NCBI GenBank assembly: GCA_021780035.1 | Contig: JAJXZO010000075.1 | Location: 11,483 to 75,482, forward strand | Direction: 5' to 3' | Length of the DNA: 64,000 nucleotides | Source: Pseudomonadota bacterium | Lineage (GTDB): Bacteria; Pseudomonadota; Alphaproteobacteria; Acetobacterales; Acetobacteraceae | Shown: one piece after another, positions 31,200-41,740 of the stretch | Layout: every line of letters begins with the position of its first letter | Numbering within the stretch: position 1 is the first letter of the stretch | The notes under the pieces: model-generated | What the model saw: only the letters and a program-made list of their open reading frames with translations | Databases searched by the model: none | What the model was told of the DNA's origin: nothing | Position numbers and translations under genes: made by a program

Positions 31200-32036
31200 A
31201 TGCGCGTGAGCGTCGTGCAGATGAATTCCGGCTCGGTGAAGGCCGACAACATCGCCCAGGCGCGCAGCCTGATCGAGGCGGCGCTCGGCGATCACCCCGA
31301 TCTCCTCAGCCTGCCGGAGATGTGGACGTGCCTCGGCGGCGACCGCGAGACCAAGTTCCGGGAAGCGGAAGTCCTGCCACCTGCCGGCAGCGGCGAACGC
31401 GGCGGCGAGGCCTACGAGTTCCTGCGCGAAATGGCGAAAGGCGCCCGGATCACCATGCACGGCGGCTCCCTCGCCGAACGCGCCGGAGACAAGCTGTTCA
31501 ACACCACCGTGGTGTTCAACCCCGAGGGGGTGGAGATCGCTCGCTACCGGAAGATCCACCTGTTCGACATCGTCACGCCCGACGGACTCGGCTACCGCGA
31601 GAGCGCCACCTTCAACTCCGGGCGTGAGATCGTCACCTACCAGGCGGGCGGGCTCACCGTGGGCTGCGCCATCTGCTACGACGTGCGCTTCGCTGAACTG
31701 TTCCTAGCGCTGCGCCGCGTCGGCGCCGAGTTGATCATGCTGCCGGCGGCGTTCACCCTGCAGACCGGCAAGGACCACTGGGAGGTGCTGCTGCGCGCCC
31801 GCGCCATTGAGATGCAGTGCTGGTTCGCGGCCTCCGCCGCCTGGGGGCGCCATCTCGACGGCGCCAGCAAGGAGCCGCGCTACACCTACGGCCACTCGCT
31901 GATCGCCGACCCCTGGGGCCATATCGTCGCCAACGTCTCGGACGGCATCGGCTGGACCAGCACCCGCATCGACTCCGACCTGACTGCGCGGGTGCGGCGC
32001 GACATGCCGGTCCTCGACCATCGGCGGCTCGTCTGA
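31200..32036 (+). CDS. Carbon-nitrogen hydrolase (Nit1/deaminated glutathione amidase-like)
   Basis: E-K-C triad in [19 protein letters not shown]; also [15 protein letters not shown]. Confidence 0.9.
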   Translation: MRVSVVQMNSGSVKADNIAQARSLIEAALGDHPDLLSLPEMWTCLGGDRETKFREAEVLPPAGSGERGGEAYEFLREMAKGARITMHGGSLAERAGDKLFNTTVVFNPEGVEIARYRKIHLFDIVTPDGLGYRESATFNSGREIVTYQAGGLTVGCAICYDVRFAELFLALRRVGAELIMLPAAFTLQTGKDHWEVLLRARAIEMQCWFAASAAWGRHLDGASKEPRYTYGHSLIADPWGHIVANVSDGIGWTSTRIDSDLTARVRRDMPVLDHRRLV

Positions 32037-32043
32037 GCGGCGG

Positions 32044-32847
32044 GTGGGCCACAGCGCGCTGCGGGCTGGAACCGCCACCGTGCTAGCCACCCGCATCGCC
32101 TTCGTCGCCTCGCCGGTGCCGCTGGCGGGGGAAAGCCGCGCGCGGCTGGTAGCCCGCTACGGCGACTGCCCGGTCGAACAGGCGGAATTCATCGTCTCGC
32201 TCGGTGGCGACGGCTTCATGCTGGAGACCCTGCACCGCCTGCTCGGCAGCGGCGTGCCCGTGTATGGCATGAATTGCGGTTCGGTCGGCTTCCTGATGAA
32301 CCCGTTCAGCGAGGAGGACCTGCCAGGAAGGCTCGCACGCGCGCAGCTCGCCGTGCTGCGGCCGCTCAGGATGCGCGCGGTAACGGAATCGGCCACCGTG
32401 GTGGAGGCGCTGGCGCTGAACGACGTGTCGCTGCTGCGGCAGTTGCGGCAGACGGCGAAAATCCGCATCAGCGTCGATGGCCGCGTGCGACTGCCCGAGT
32501 TGATGTGCGACGGCGTGCTGGTGAGCACCCCGGCCGGTTCCACCGCCTACAACCTGTCGGCGCATGGGCCGATCGTGCCGCTTTCCGCCAACCTGCTGCC
32601 CTTGACGCCGATCAGCGCTTTCCGGCCGCGCCGCTGGCGGGGAGCGCTGCTGCCGAGCGCCGCCGAGGTGCTGTTCGAGATCCTGGAAGGAGACAAGCGC
32701 CCGGTGGCGGCGGTGGCCGACTACACCGAAGTGCGCGACGTGGTCTCGGTGGCGGTGAAGGAGGACCACACGGTGGCCGCCCGCGTGCTGTTCGACCCCG
32801 ACCAGGCGCTGTCCGAACGCATCATCGCCGAGCAGTTCACCGCCTGA
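32044..32847 (+). CDS. nadK: NAD kinase
   Basis: [35 protein letters not shown]. Start approximate. Confidence 0.93.
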   Translation: MGHSALRAGTATVLATRIAFVASPVPLAGESRARLVARYGDCPVEQAEFIVSLGGDGFMLETLHRLLGSGVPVYGMNCGSVGFLMNPFSEEDLPGRLARAQLAVLRPLRMRAVTESATVVEALALNDVSLLRQLRQTAKIRISVDGRVRLPELMCDGVLVSTPAGSTAYNLSAHGPIVPLSANLLPLTPISAFRPRRWRGALLPSAAEVLFEILEGDKRPVAAVADYTEVRDVVSVAVKEDHTVAARVLFDPDQALSERIIAEQFTA

Positions 32848-32973
32848 ACGGCGCCGAGTCGGCAGGTCTCGTTCCTGTTGCCGCTATCGCCGCCGTGGGG
32901 TGCCTGCGCACCCGCTGGCGCCGTTGTAAACGCGGAAGCGAAAGGACAGAACCTGCCCGGCCCGCTTCGGAAC

Positions 32974-33753
32974 TCAGGCGGCGTCGAACGCGTCCGTGAA
33001 TGAGAACGGCGGCGAAGTGAGCGGCCGCGCCAGGGCGTGTTGCGCGCCCGCCAGCGGCTCAACGATTGCCGGCACGCCGGCGCCCGGCTCCCGCACCATG
33101 TAACCGCGGCCCCAGACGGTGCCGATCAACTCCGGTGTGCCCGCCTGCGCGAGCTTCTTGCGCAACTTGCAGATGAAGACGTCGATGATCTTCATCTCGG
33201 GTTCATCCATGCCGCCATAGAGATGGTTGAGGAACGCCTCCTTGGTAAGCACCATCCCCTTGCGCAGCACCATCAACTCCAGGATCGCGTATTCCTTGCC
33301 GGTGAGATGCACGGGCTCACCGTTCACGGTGACTTCTCGGCTGTCGAGATTGAGTTGCAGCGGCCCGACATGCAGCGACGGCTGGCTGAAACCCTTGCTC
33401 CGCCGCACGACCGCCGGGATCCGGGCGAGCAGTTCCGCCTTGTCGAAAGGCTTGGTGATGAAATCGTCGGCGCCGAGCGTAAGACCGCGCACTTTCGCCT
33501 GCGGCCGGGTAAGGCCGGAAAGGATCAGCACCGGCACATTGAGGCGCCCCGCGCGCATGCGGCGGACGACGTCGTATCCCTCGATGTCTGGCAGCATGAG
33601 GTCGAGAAGCACGATGTCGTAGTCGTAGTGGTGCACCAGTTCGAGCGCCTCCTCGCCGGTATCGGTGTGATCCACCACAGCCCCGCCGCTGCGCAACATA
33701 AGCGCGACGCCACGGGCGGCAGCGAGATCGTCTTCTACGAGCAGGACGCGCAT
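32974..33753 (-). CDS. ctrA: Cell-cycle/flagellar response regulator CtrA
   Basis: LLDLMLPD (phospho-Asp), [48 protein letters not shown]. Confidence 0.93.
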   Translation of the reverse strand: MRVLLVEDDLAAARGVALMLRSGGAVVDHTDTGEEALELVHHYDYDIVLLDLMLPDIEGYDVVRRMRAGRLNVPVLILSGLTRPQAKVRGLTLGADDFITKPFDKAELLARIPAVVRRSKGFSQPSLHVGPLQLNLDSREVTVNGEPVHLTGKEYAILELMVLRKGMVLTKEAFLNHLYGGMDEPEMKIIDVFICKLRKKLAQAGTPELIGTVWGRGYMVREPGAGVPAIVEPLAGAQHALARPLTSPPFSFTDAFDAA

Positions 33754-33909
33754 CGGTTTACCCTTTCTGCTATCTTTGGTTGCAAAGATACCACCATAAC
33801 GCGAGCCACACTACCAATTTTTCACCTTATTGGTGTATTTTGCGAGAAACGATACGGGATAAATGGCGAACTGCGATCGTATTTCGCGCAATAGTGGTAA
33901 TTTCGTAAT

Positions 33910-35301
33910 ATGGTGCGTTTTATGATACGTTCCTCGTTGCCAGCCCGCGCCGCCACTGCGCTGGCCGCGGTACAGTCTATTCCCCCCGCGCGCTTGCAGG
34001 GGAGAATCAGCGGCGTGTCCGGCCTTACCGTCGAGGTCAGCGGCCTCGCCCGCCACCTTGCCATCGGCGACCGCATCATTCTTGCCGGCAGACTCGGCCA
34101 CGAAATCGCCGCCGAGGTGGTCGGCTTCCACGGCGATACCGCCCGCACCATGACCTTCGGCCCTCCGGAGGGACTAGGCCCCGGTGGACTCGCACACGCA
34201 CCCCTGCCTATCGCCGGCGCGCCACGCGGTCCGGCTCTCGCCGTCGCTGATTCCTGGGTCGGGCGCATCGTCGATCCCTTCGGCCGGCCGCTCGATGGTC
34301 GCGGTCACCTCGCCTCCGGACCATCGCCGCGGCCCGTACACGCCCCGCCGCCACCCGCTACCCGCCGCGCCCGGCTGGGATCGCGGCTCGACCTCGGCGT
34401 ACGCGTGCTCAACCTGTTCACCACCTGCAGGCGCGGCCAGCGACTTGGGCTGTTCGCCGGATCCGGTGTCGGCAAGTCGAGCCTGCTCGCCATGCTCGCT
34501 CGCCACACCGCCTGCGACGTCGCCGTGCTGGCACTGGTCGGTGAGCGTGGCCGCGAGGTGCGCGAGTTCGTCGAGGACGATCTCGGCCCCGAAGGGCTCG
34601 CGCGCGCGGTGGTAGTAGCCGCCACCTCGGACATGCCGCCGCTCGCCCGCCGCGAGGCCGCCTACGGCGCCATGACCATCGCCGAGCATTTCCGCGACCA
34701 GGGCAAGGCGGTGCTGCTGCTGATGGACAGCGTCACCCGCTTCTGCCTGGCGCTGCGCGAGATCGGCCTCGCTGCCGGTGAGCCACCGGCCACCCGTGGC
34801 TTCCCGCCCAGCGTGTTTGCCGAGTTGCCGCGGTTGCTGGAACGTGCCGGCCCCGGACCCGAGAACCTCGGCAAACCGGCCGGATCCATTACCGCTCTGT
34901 TCACTGTGTTGGTCGAGGGCGACGACCACCACGAGCCGGTGGCCGACGCGGTGCGCGGCCTACTCGATGGCCACGTGCTGCTCGACCGCCGCATCGCCGA
35001 GGGCGGGCGCTATCCAGCGGTTAACGTGCTGCACTCGCTCTCCCGCGCGGTTCCGGGCTGCAACAGCGACGAAGAGAACGCGCTGGCCCGCCGCGCCCGC
35101 GCCGTACTCGCGCTCCACGCCGACATGGCCGACATGGTGCGCCTCGGCGCCTACCGCGCTGGCTCCGACCCGGCGGTCGATGAAGCGATCACCGTCGTGC
35201 CGCGCCTCGACGCGATGCTCGCCCAGCGCCGCGATGAACGCATCAGCCTCGGCGACAGCTTCGCGGCGCTCGCCGCTGCACTCGACGGATCATCTCCGTG
35301 A
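33910..35301 (+). CDS. fliI: Flagellar export ATPase FliI
   Basis: GLFAGSGVGKS, LVGERGREVREF, LLMDSVTRF, GEPP...GFPPSVF, DGHVLLDR. Confidence 0.94.
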   Translation: MVRFMIRSSLPARAATALAAVQSIPPARLQGRISGVSGLTVEVSGLARHLAIGDRIILAGRLGHEIAAEVVGFHGDTARTMTFGPPEGLGPGGLAHAPLPIAGAPRGPALAVADSWVGRIVDPFGRPLDGRGHLASGPSPRPVHAPPPPATRRARLGSRLDLGVRVLNLFTTCRRGQRLGLFAGSGVGKSSLLAMLARHTACDVAVLALVGERGREVREFVEDDLGPEGLARAVVVAATSDMPPLARREAAYGAMTIAEHFRDQGKAVLLLMDSVTRFCLALREIGLAAGEPPATRGFPPSVFAELPRLLERAGPGPENLGKPAGSITALFTVLVEGDDHHEPVADAVRGLLDGHVLLDRRIAEGGRYPAVNVLHSLSRAVPGCNSDEENALARRARAVLALHADMADMVRLGAYRAGSDPAVDEAITVVPRLDAMLAQRRDERISLGDSFAALAAALDGSSP

Positions 35302-35726
35302 CTACCGGCTCGCTGCGCACGCTTCGCCGCCTCCGCCACCATGCGTGCGAGGACGCGCGCCTGGCGCTGGTAGCCTGCATCGCCATGGAGGACACCGCGC
35401 AGGCGGCGCTCAAGGCCGCCGAACGAGCCATCCGGCGCGAACAGGAGGAGGCGAGCCGCATCGACGCGTCCGACGGCGCCGTGGAAGCCTTCGCCCGCTG
35501 GCTGCCGCGCGGACGCCAGGCGGTGAGCGACGCCACGGGCGCGCTCGAACGGGCGGAAGCGGCCACCGCGCAGGCGCGCGCCGTGCTGGCCGCCGCGCGC
35601 GCCAGCCTGAAGGCCGCCGAAACGCTCGCCACCGAGCGAGAGCGGCAAAGCCAAGCGGAAGCCGCCCGGCGCGAACAGGCGGCTCTCGACGAAGCCGCGG
35701 GCCGGCGGCGGGAAACCTTCGACTGA
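35298..35726 (+). CDS. fliJ: FliJ-like flagellar export chaperone
   Basis: Ala/Glu/Arg-rich coiled coil with EQAALDE C-terminus; GTGA overlap with fliI. Assignment rests largely on synteny. Confidence 0.65.
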   Translation: MTTGSLRTLRRLRHHACEDARLALVACIAMEDTAQAALKAAERAIRREQEEASRIDASDGAVEAFARWLPRGRQAVSDATGALERAEAATAQARAVLAAARASLKAAETLATERERQSQAEAARREQAALDEAAGRRRETFD

Positions 35727-35774
35727 TCCGCCGGAAGGCTTGCTGATGCGGCGGCTTGCGGGCATCACTGCTTC

Positions 35775-37466
35775 ATGCCGACCTATCATGACAGTTTCAG
35801 CGCCGACCTGCTCTCCCGCATCCCACTCAGCGCCCGGAACGTGCTCGATGTCGGCTGCCACACCGGCGCGCTTGGCGCCGAATACAAGCGGCGCAACCCC
35901 GGCTGCCGTTACTTTGGCATCGAGATGAATCCCGCCGCCGCGGCCGTCGCCGCCACGCGGCTCGACGATGTCGCCACCGCCGACGTGGAGACCGATCCGC
36001 TGCCGTTCGGCCCCGGTCCGTTCGACTGCATCATCTACGGCGACGTGCTCGAGCATCTGCGCGATCCCTGGGGTCTGCTGCAGCGCCACTCCGGCGCCCT
36101 CGGCAGGAACGGCATCGCGCTCGCCTGCCTGCCGAACGCGGAACACTGGAGCTTCGCCGAGCGCCTGCTGCGCGGCACCTTCGCCTACGAGCAGGAAGGA
36201 CTGTTCGACCGCACGCATCTGCGCTGGTTCGGTTTCGACAGCACCTGGCGGGCGCTCGCCGCCGCCGGGCTGCAGCCGCTCGACGTCGCGCCGCGCATTT
36301 TCGATGCCGAGGCGGGGAACGGCTTTGTGCGGGCGATGGCGCCGGCTCTGGAAAACCTTGGCATCGACCGCGCGGCGTACACCAGCCGGGCCCTGCCACT
36401 GCAATACGTGTGGCGCGCTGCTGCCGCCGCGTCGGAGCCGCTCTACATCCGCTCCACCATGCTCGAGCACGTCGGCGGAGTCAGCCACGTCCGCGTGGTG
36501 CAGCCGCTGCGGGGGCTCGCCACCGAACCCGGTGTGATCACCGACGTGGCGAACGACGACAGTTTCGACCCACCGCCCGCCTTCGCCGATGCCGCGCGCA
36601 TTTTCGTCTTCCATCGCCCCGTGCTTTTCGGCGAGGCCGGCCTCGCCCGCCTGCGCGCGCTGATCGCGCGCGGCTGGCTGGTGGTGTGCGAGTTCGACGA
36701 CCACCCCGCCTTCCTGCCGGCAATGCAGCAGGACGAGATGCACAGCTTCCGCGCGGTGCACGCCGTGCAGACGTCCACGGAACCGCTCGCCGCGGTGCTG
36801 CGGAAGGCGAACCCCGAGGTCGCGGTGTTCCCGAACGCCATCGAACGGCTGCCCGAGGTACGCAACTTCAAGGACCCCGGCCACCTCACGCTGTTGTGCG
36901 CCGCTCTCAACCGCGAGGACGAATGGCCGCCGCTGCTCGACGCCTTGAACGCCGTCGCCGCGCTGGCCGGCGAACGTCTGCAGTTCCGCATTGTGGCCGA
37001 TTCGGGGCTGTTCGAGGCGCTGCGGACGCCGCACAAGCGCTTCGTACCGCTGTGCGACTACGAAACCTACCAGGGCCTGCTGTCGGAGAGCGAGATCTCG
37101 CTGATGCCGCTCGCCGACAACGCCTTCAATCGCTGCAAGTCCGACCTCAAGTTCATCGAGGCGGCGGCGCACCGGGTGGCCACCGTCGCCAGCCCCGTGG
37201 TCTACGGGCAGAGCATCGAGGATGGCCGCACCGGCCTGCTGTTCCGCGACGGCCTCGACCTGCAGCGACGGCTGTTGCACCTGCTGGCGAATCCCGAACA
37301 CGCCCGCGCCATCGCCGACGCGGCGCGCGCCTCGGTGCGAAGCCGGCGCATGCTGGCGCAACAGACATCCGCGCGGCTCGCCTGGTACCGCTCGCTCTGG
37401 GCGCGCCGCGACGAACTGCGGCGGGAACTGCTCGCGCGCACCCCCGAACTCGCCGCCGCTCCCTGA
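35775..37466 (+). CDS. Class I SAM methyltransferase - glycosyltransferase (GT-B/GT4-like) fusion
   Basis: VLDVGCHTGALG and GDVLEHLRDPW in the N-terminal half; CEFDDH and CKSDLKFIEAAA...VASP in the C-terminal half. Confidence 0.78.
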   Translation: MPTYHDSFSADLLSRIPLSARNVLDVGCHTGALGAEYKRRNPGCRYFGIEMNPAAAAVAATRLDDVATADVETDPLPFGPGPFDCIIYGDVLEHLRDPWGLLQRHSGALGRNGIALACLPNAEHWSFAERLLRGTFAYEQEGLFDRTHLRWFGFDSTWRALAAAGLQPLDVAPRIFDAEAGNGFVRAMAPALENLGIDRAAYTSRALPLQYVWRAAAAASEPLYIRSTMLEHVGGVSHVRVVQPLRGLATEPGVITDVANDDSFDPPPAFADAARIFVFHRPVLFGEAGLARLRALIARGWLVVCEFDDHPAFLPAMQQDEMHSFRAVHAVQTSTEPLAAVLRKANPEVAVFPNAIERLPEVRNFKDPGHLTLLCAALNREDEWPPLLDALNAVAALAGERLQFRIVADSGLFEALRTPHKRFVPLCDYETYQGLLSESEISLMPLADNAFNRCKSDLKFIEAAAHRVATVASPVVYGQSIEDGRTGLLFRDGLDLQRRLLHLLANPEHARAIADAARASVRSRRMLAQQTSARLAWYRSLWARRDELRRELLARTPELAAAP

Positions 37467-37498
37467 GGGAACGGACGGCGCGTCCGGAGGCGGACCCT

Positions 37499-39793
<2,295 letters not shown>

Positions 39794-40032
39794 GGCTCGT
39801 TCCTCCGCCGAATGTTTCGTCCTGCTCGGGGCAATTATCGCGCCGATAACCGCCGAACGAAAGCATCGGGCACCACCTTTGCCCGTTTCAAGCCGCGCGT
39901 CATGCGTCTGGCCGCCATGCAGTCGGCTCGCGCAGATAGCTGGACAATCGGCGGCGGTGCCGCCGCACCGGCGGGCGAAGACGGCAATCCGCGTGGGTGG
40001 CACGCCCGGAAGCTATGCTATGCTCGCCCCCC

Positions 40033-41727
40033 ATGACACAGGACCCCGGCTTGACCGAGACAGTGAGCCTGCGCGAGAGCCGCCCGCCGCCCGAATGGCT
40101 GGCGGGGCGGAGCATCGTGCTGGTCGGACTGATGGGTGCCGGCAAGACCTCGATCGGCCGGCGGCTCGCTGCCCATCTCAGCCTGCCGTTCCGCGACGCC
40201 GACGTCGAGATCGAGCTGGCCGCCGGCTGCACCATCAGCGAGCTGTTCCAGCGCTACGGCGAGCGCGAGTTCCGCGAGGGCGAACGGCGGGTGATCCGCC
40301 GCCTGCTGTCCGCCGACCCGATAGTGCTGGCCTTCGGCGGCGGCGCCTTTATGGACGCCGATACCCGCGCTACCGTGCGGCGCGAGGCGGTGAGCATCTG
40401 GCTGCGCTGCGGCCTGCCGGTGCTGCTGCGCCGGGTCGCCGGGCGCATGCACCGGCCGCTGCTCGCCAACCAGAACCACCAGGAGGTGCTGCAGCGGCTG
40501 ATGGCGGCCCGCCATCCGGTGTACGCCGAGGCCGACATCGTGGTGGACGTCACCGACGACACCCAGGAAGTCACCACCGGGCACGTTCTCGATGCACTCT
40601 ATGCCTTCCGCCCGCCCAGGCGCTTGTCGCTCGCCCTCACCAGTTCCGGCTACGAGGTGGTGGCGGGGGAGAACCTGCTCGCCTCCGCCGGCGCCCTGCT
40701 CGCCCCGGTGCTGGCGCAAAAGCGCGCCGTGGTGATCACCGATACCACCGTCGCCGCCCTGCACCTACCCACTCTGCTGCGCGGCCTGGAAGCCACCGCC
40801 GTCGAAACCCGCTGCATCACCGTTCCCGCCGGCGAGGCGGCGAAAACTCTCGCCTGCTACGGCGAGGTGGTGGAACAGCTGCTCGACAGCGGCGTGGAGC
40901 GGCGTACCACGGTAATCGCCCTCGGCGGCAGCGCGGTGGGCGATCTCGCGGGCTTCGTCGCCGCTACCACGCTGCGCGGCCTGCCCTTCGTGCAGGTGCC
41001 CACCACCCTGTTGTCGCAGGTCGATTCCTCGATCGGCGGCAAGGTCGGCATCGACACGCGGCACGGCAAGAACCTGCTCGGCGCCTTCCACCAGCCGCGC
41101 ATGGTGCTGGCCGATACCGCGACCCTCGCCACCCTGCCGCGCCGCCAGCTTGCCGCCGGCTATGTGGAACTGGTGAAGGCGGCGCTGATCGGCGATGCGG
41201 TGTTCTTCGAATGGTGCGAGGCGAACGGCGCCGCCGTGCTCGCCGGTAACCACGCGACGCAGGCGGAGGGCATCCTGCGCGCCTCGGCCTTCAAGGCGCA
41301 GGCGGTAACCGGCGACGAGCGCGAGGAAAAGACGGAGAACGGCCGCGCGCTGCTCAACCTCGGCCACACTTTCGGCTACGCGCTAGAGACGGAACTCGGC
41401 AACAACACCATCCTGCACGGCGAGGCGGTGGGACTCGGCATCGGCCTTGCCTTCCGCCTCTCGGCGCGGCTCGGCCTCTGTGCCGAGGCCGACGGCGAGC
41501 GGGTGATCGGACACCTCGCTTCACTCGGCGTGCCGATGGAGCTTGCGGCGTTCGGCCGTCCCCTCTCGGCGGCGCGGCTGCTCGAACACATGCACCACGA
41601 CAAGAAGATCCGCGACCGCAGGCTCACCTTCGTGCTGCTGCGGGGAATCGGCAACGCGTTCACGCACGGCGAGGTACCGGAAGAGGCCGTCGCCGCCGTG
41701 CTGCGGGAAGCCGGCTGCGAGCCGTAG
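40033..41727 (+). CDS. aroKB: Fused shikimate kinase / 3-dehydroquinate synthase (AroB half has atypical active-site residues)
   Basis: AroK: GLMGAGKT, DAD, FR, GGGA. AroB: PTTLLSQVDSSIGGK, GKNLLGAF, NLGHTFGY, LHGEAV. Confidence 0.92.
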   Translation: MTQDPGLTETVSLRESRPPPEWLAGRSIVLVGLMGAGKTSIGRRLAAHLSLPFRDADVEIELAAGCTISELFQRYGEREFREGERRVIRRLLSADPIVLAFGGGAFMDADTRATVRREAVSIWLRCGLPVLLRRVAGRMHRPLLANQNHQEVLQRLMAARHPVYAEADIVVDVTDDTQEVTTGHVLDALYAFRPPRRLSLALTSSGYEVVAGENLLASAGALLAPVLAQKRAVVITDTTVAALHLPTLLRGLEATAVETRCITVPAGEAAKTLACYGEVVEQLLDSGVERRTTVIALGGSAVGDLAGFVAATTLRGLPFVQVPTTLLSQVDSSIGGKVGIDTRHGKNLLGAFHQPRMVLADTATLATLPRRQLAAGYVELVKAALIGDAVFFEWCEANGAAVLAGNHATQAEGILRASAFKAQAVTGDEREEKTENGRALLNLGHTFGYALETELGNNTILHGEAVGLGIGLAFRLSARLGLCAEADGERVIGHLASLGVPMELAAFGRPLSAARLLEHMHHDKKIRDRRLTFVLLRGIGNAFTHGEVPEEAVAAVLREAGCEP

Positions 41728-41740
41728 CCCCGCCGCCGCC

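Noticed and set aside
32848-32960. Crossing inverted repeats between nadK and ctrA
   Set aside because: Short GC-rich arms, compatible with chance or a simple bidirectional terminator region; no ncRNA signature.
33754-33909. Canonical CtrA box (TTAA-N7-TTAA) in the ctrA/fliI intergenic region
   Set aside because: Searched by eye; no TTAA is present there.
32974-35726. ctrA divergent from fliI-fliJ as a novel arrangement
   Set aside because: This linkage is, to my recollection, already known in other alphaproteobacteria.
40033-41727. AroK-AroB fusion itself as a novelty
   Set aside because: The fusion is known in acetic acid bacteria and relatives; only the active-site changes are reported.
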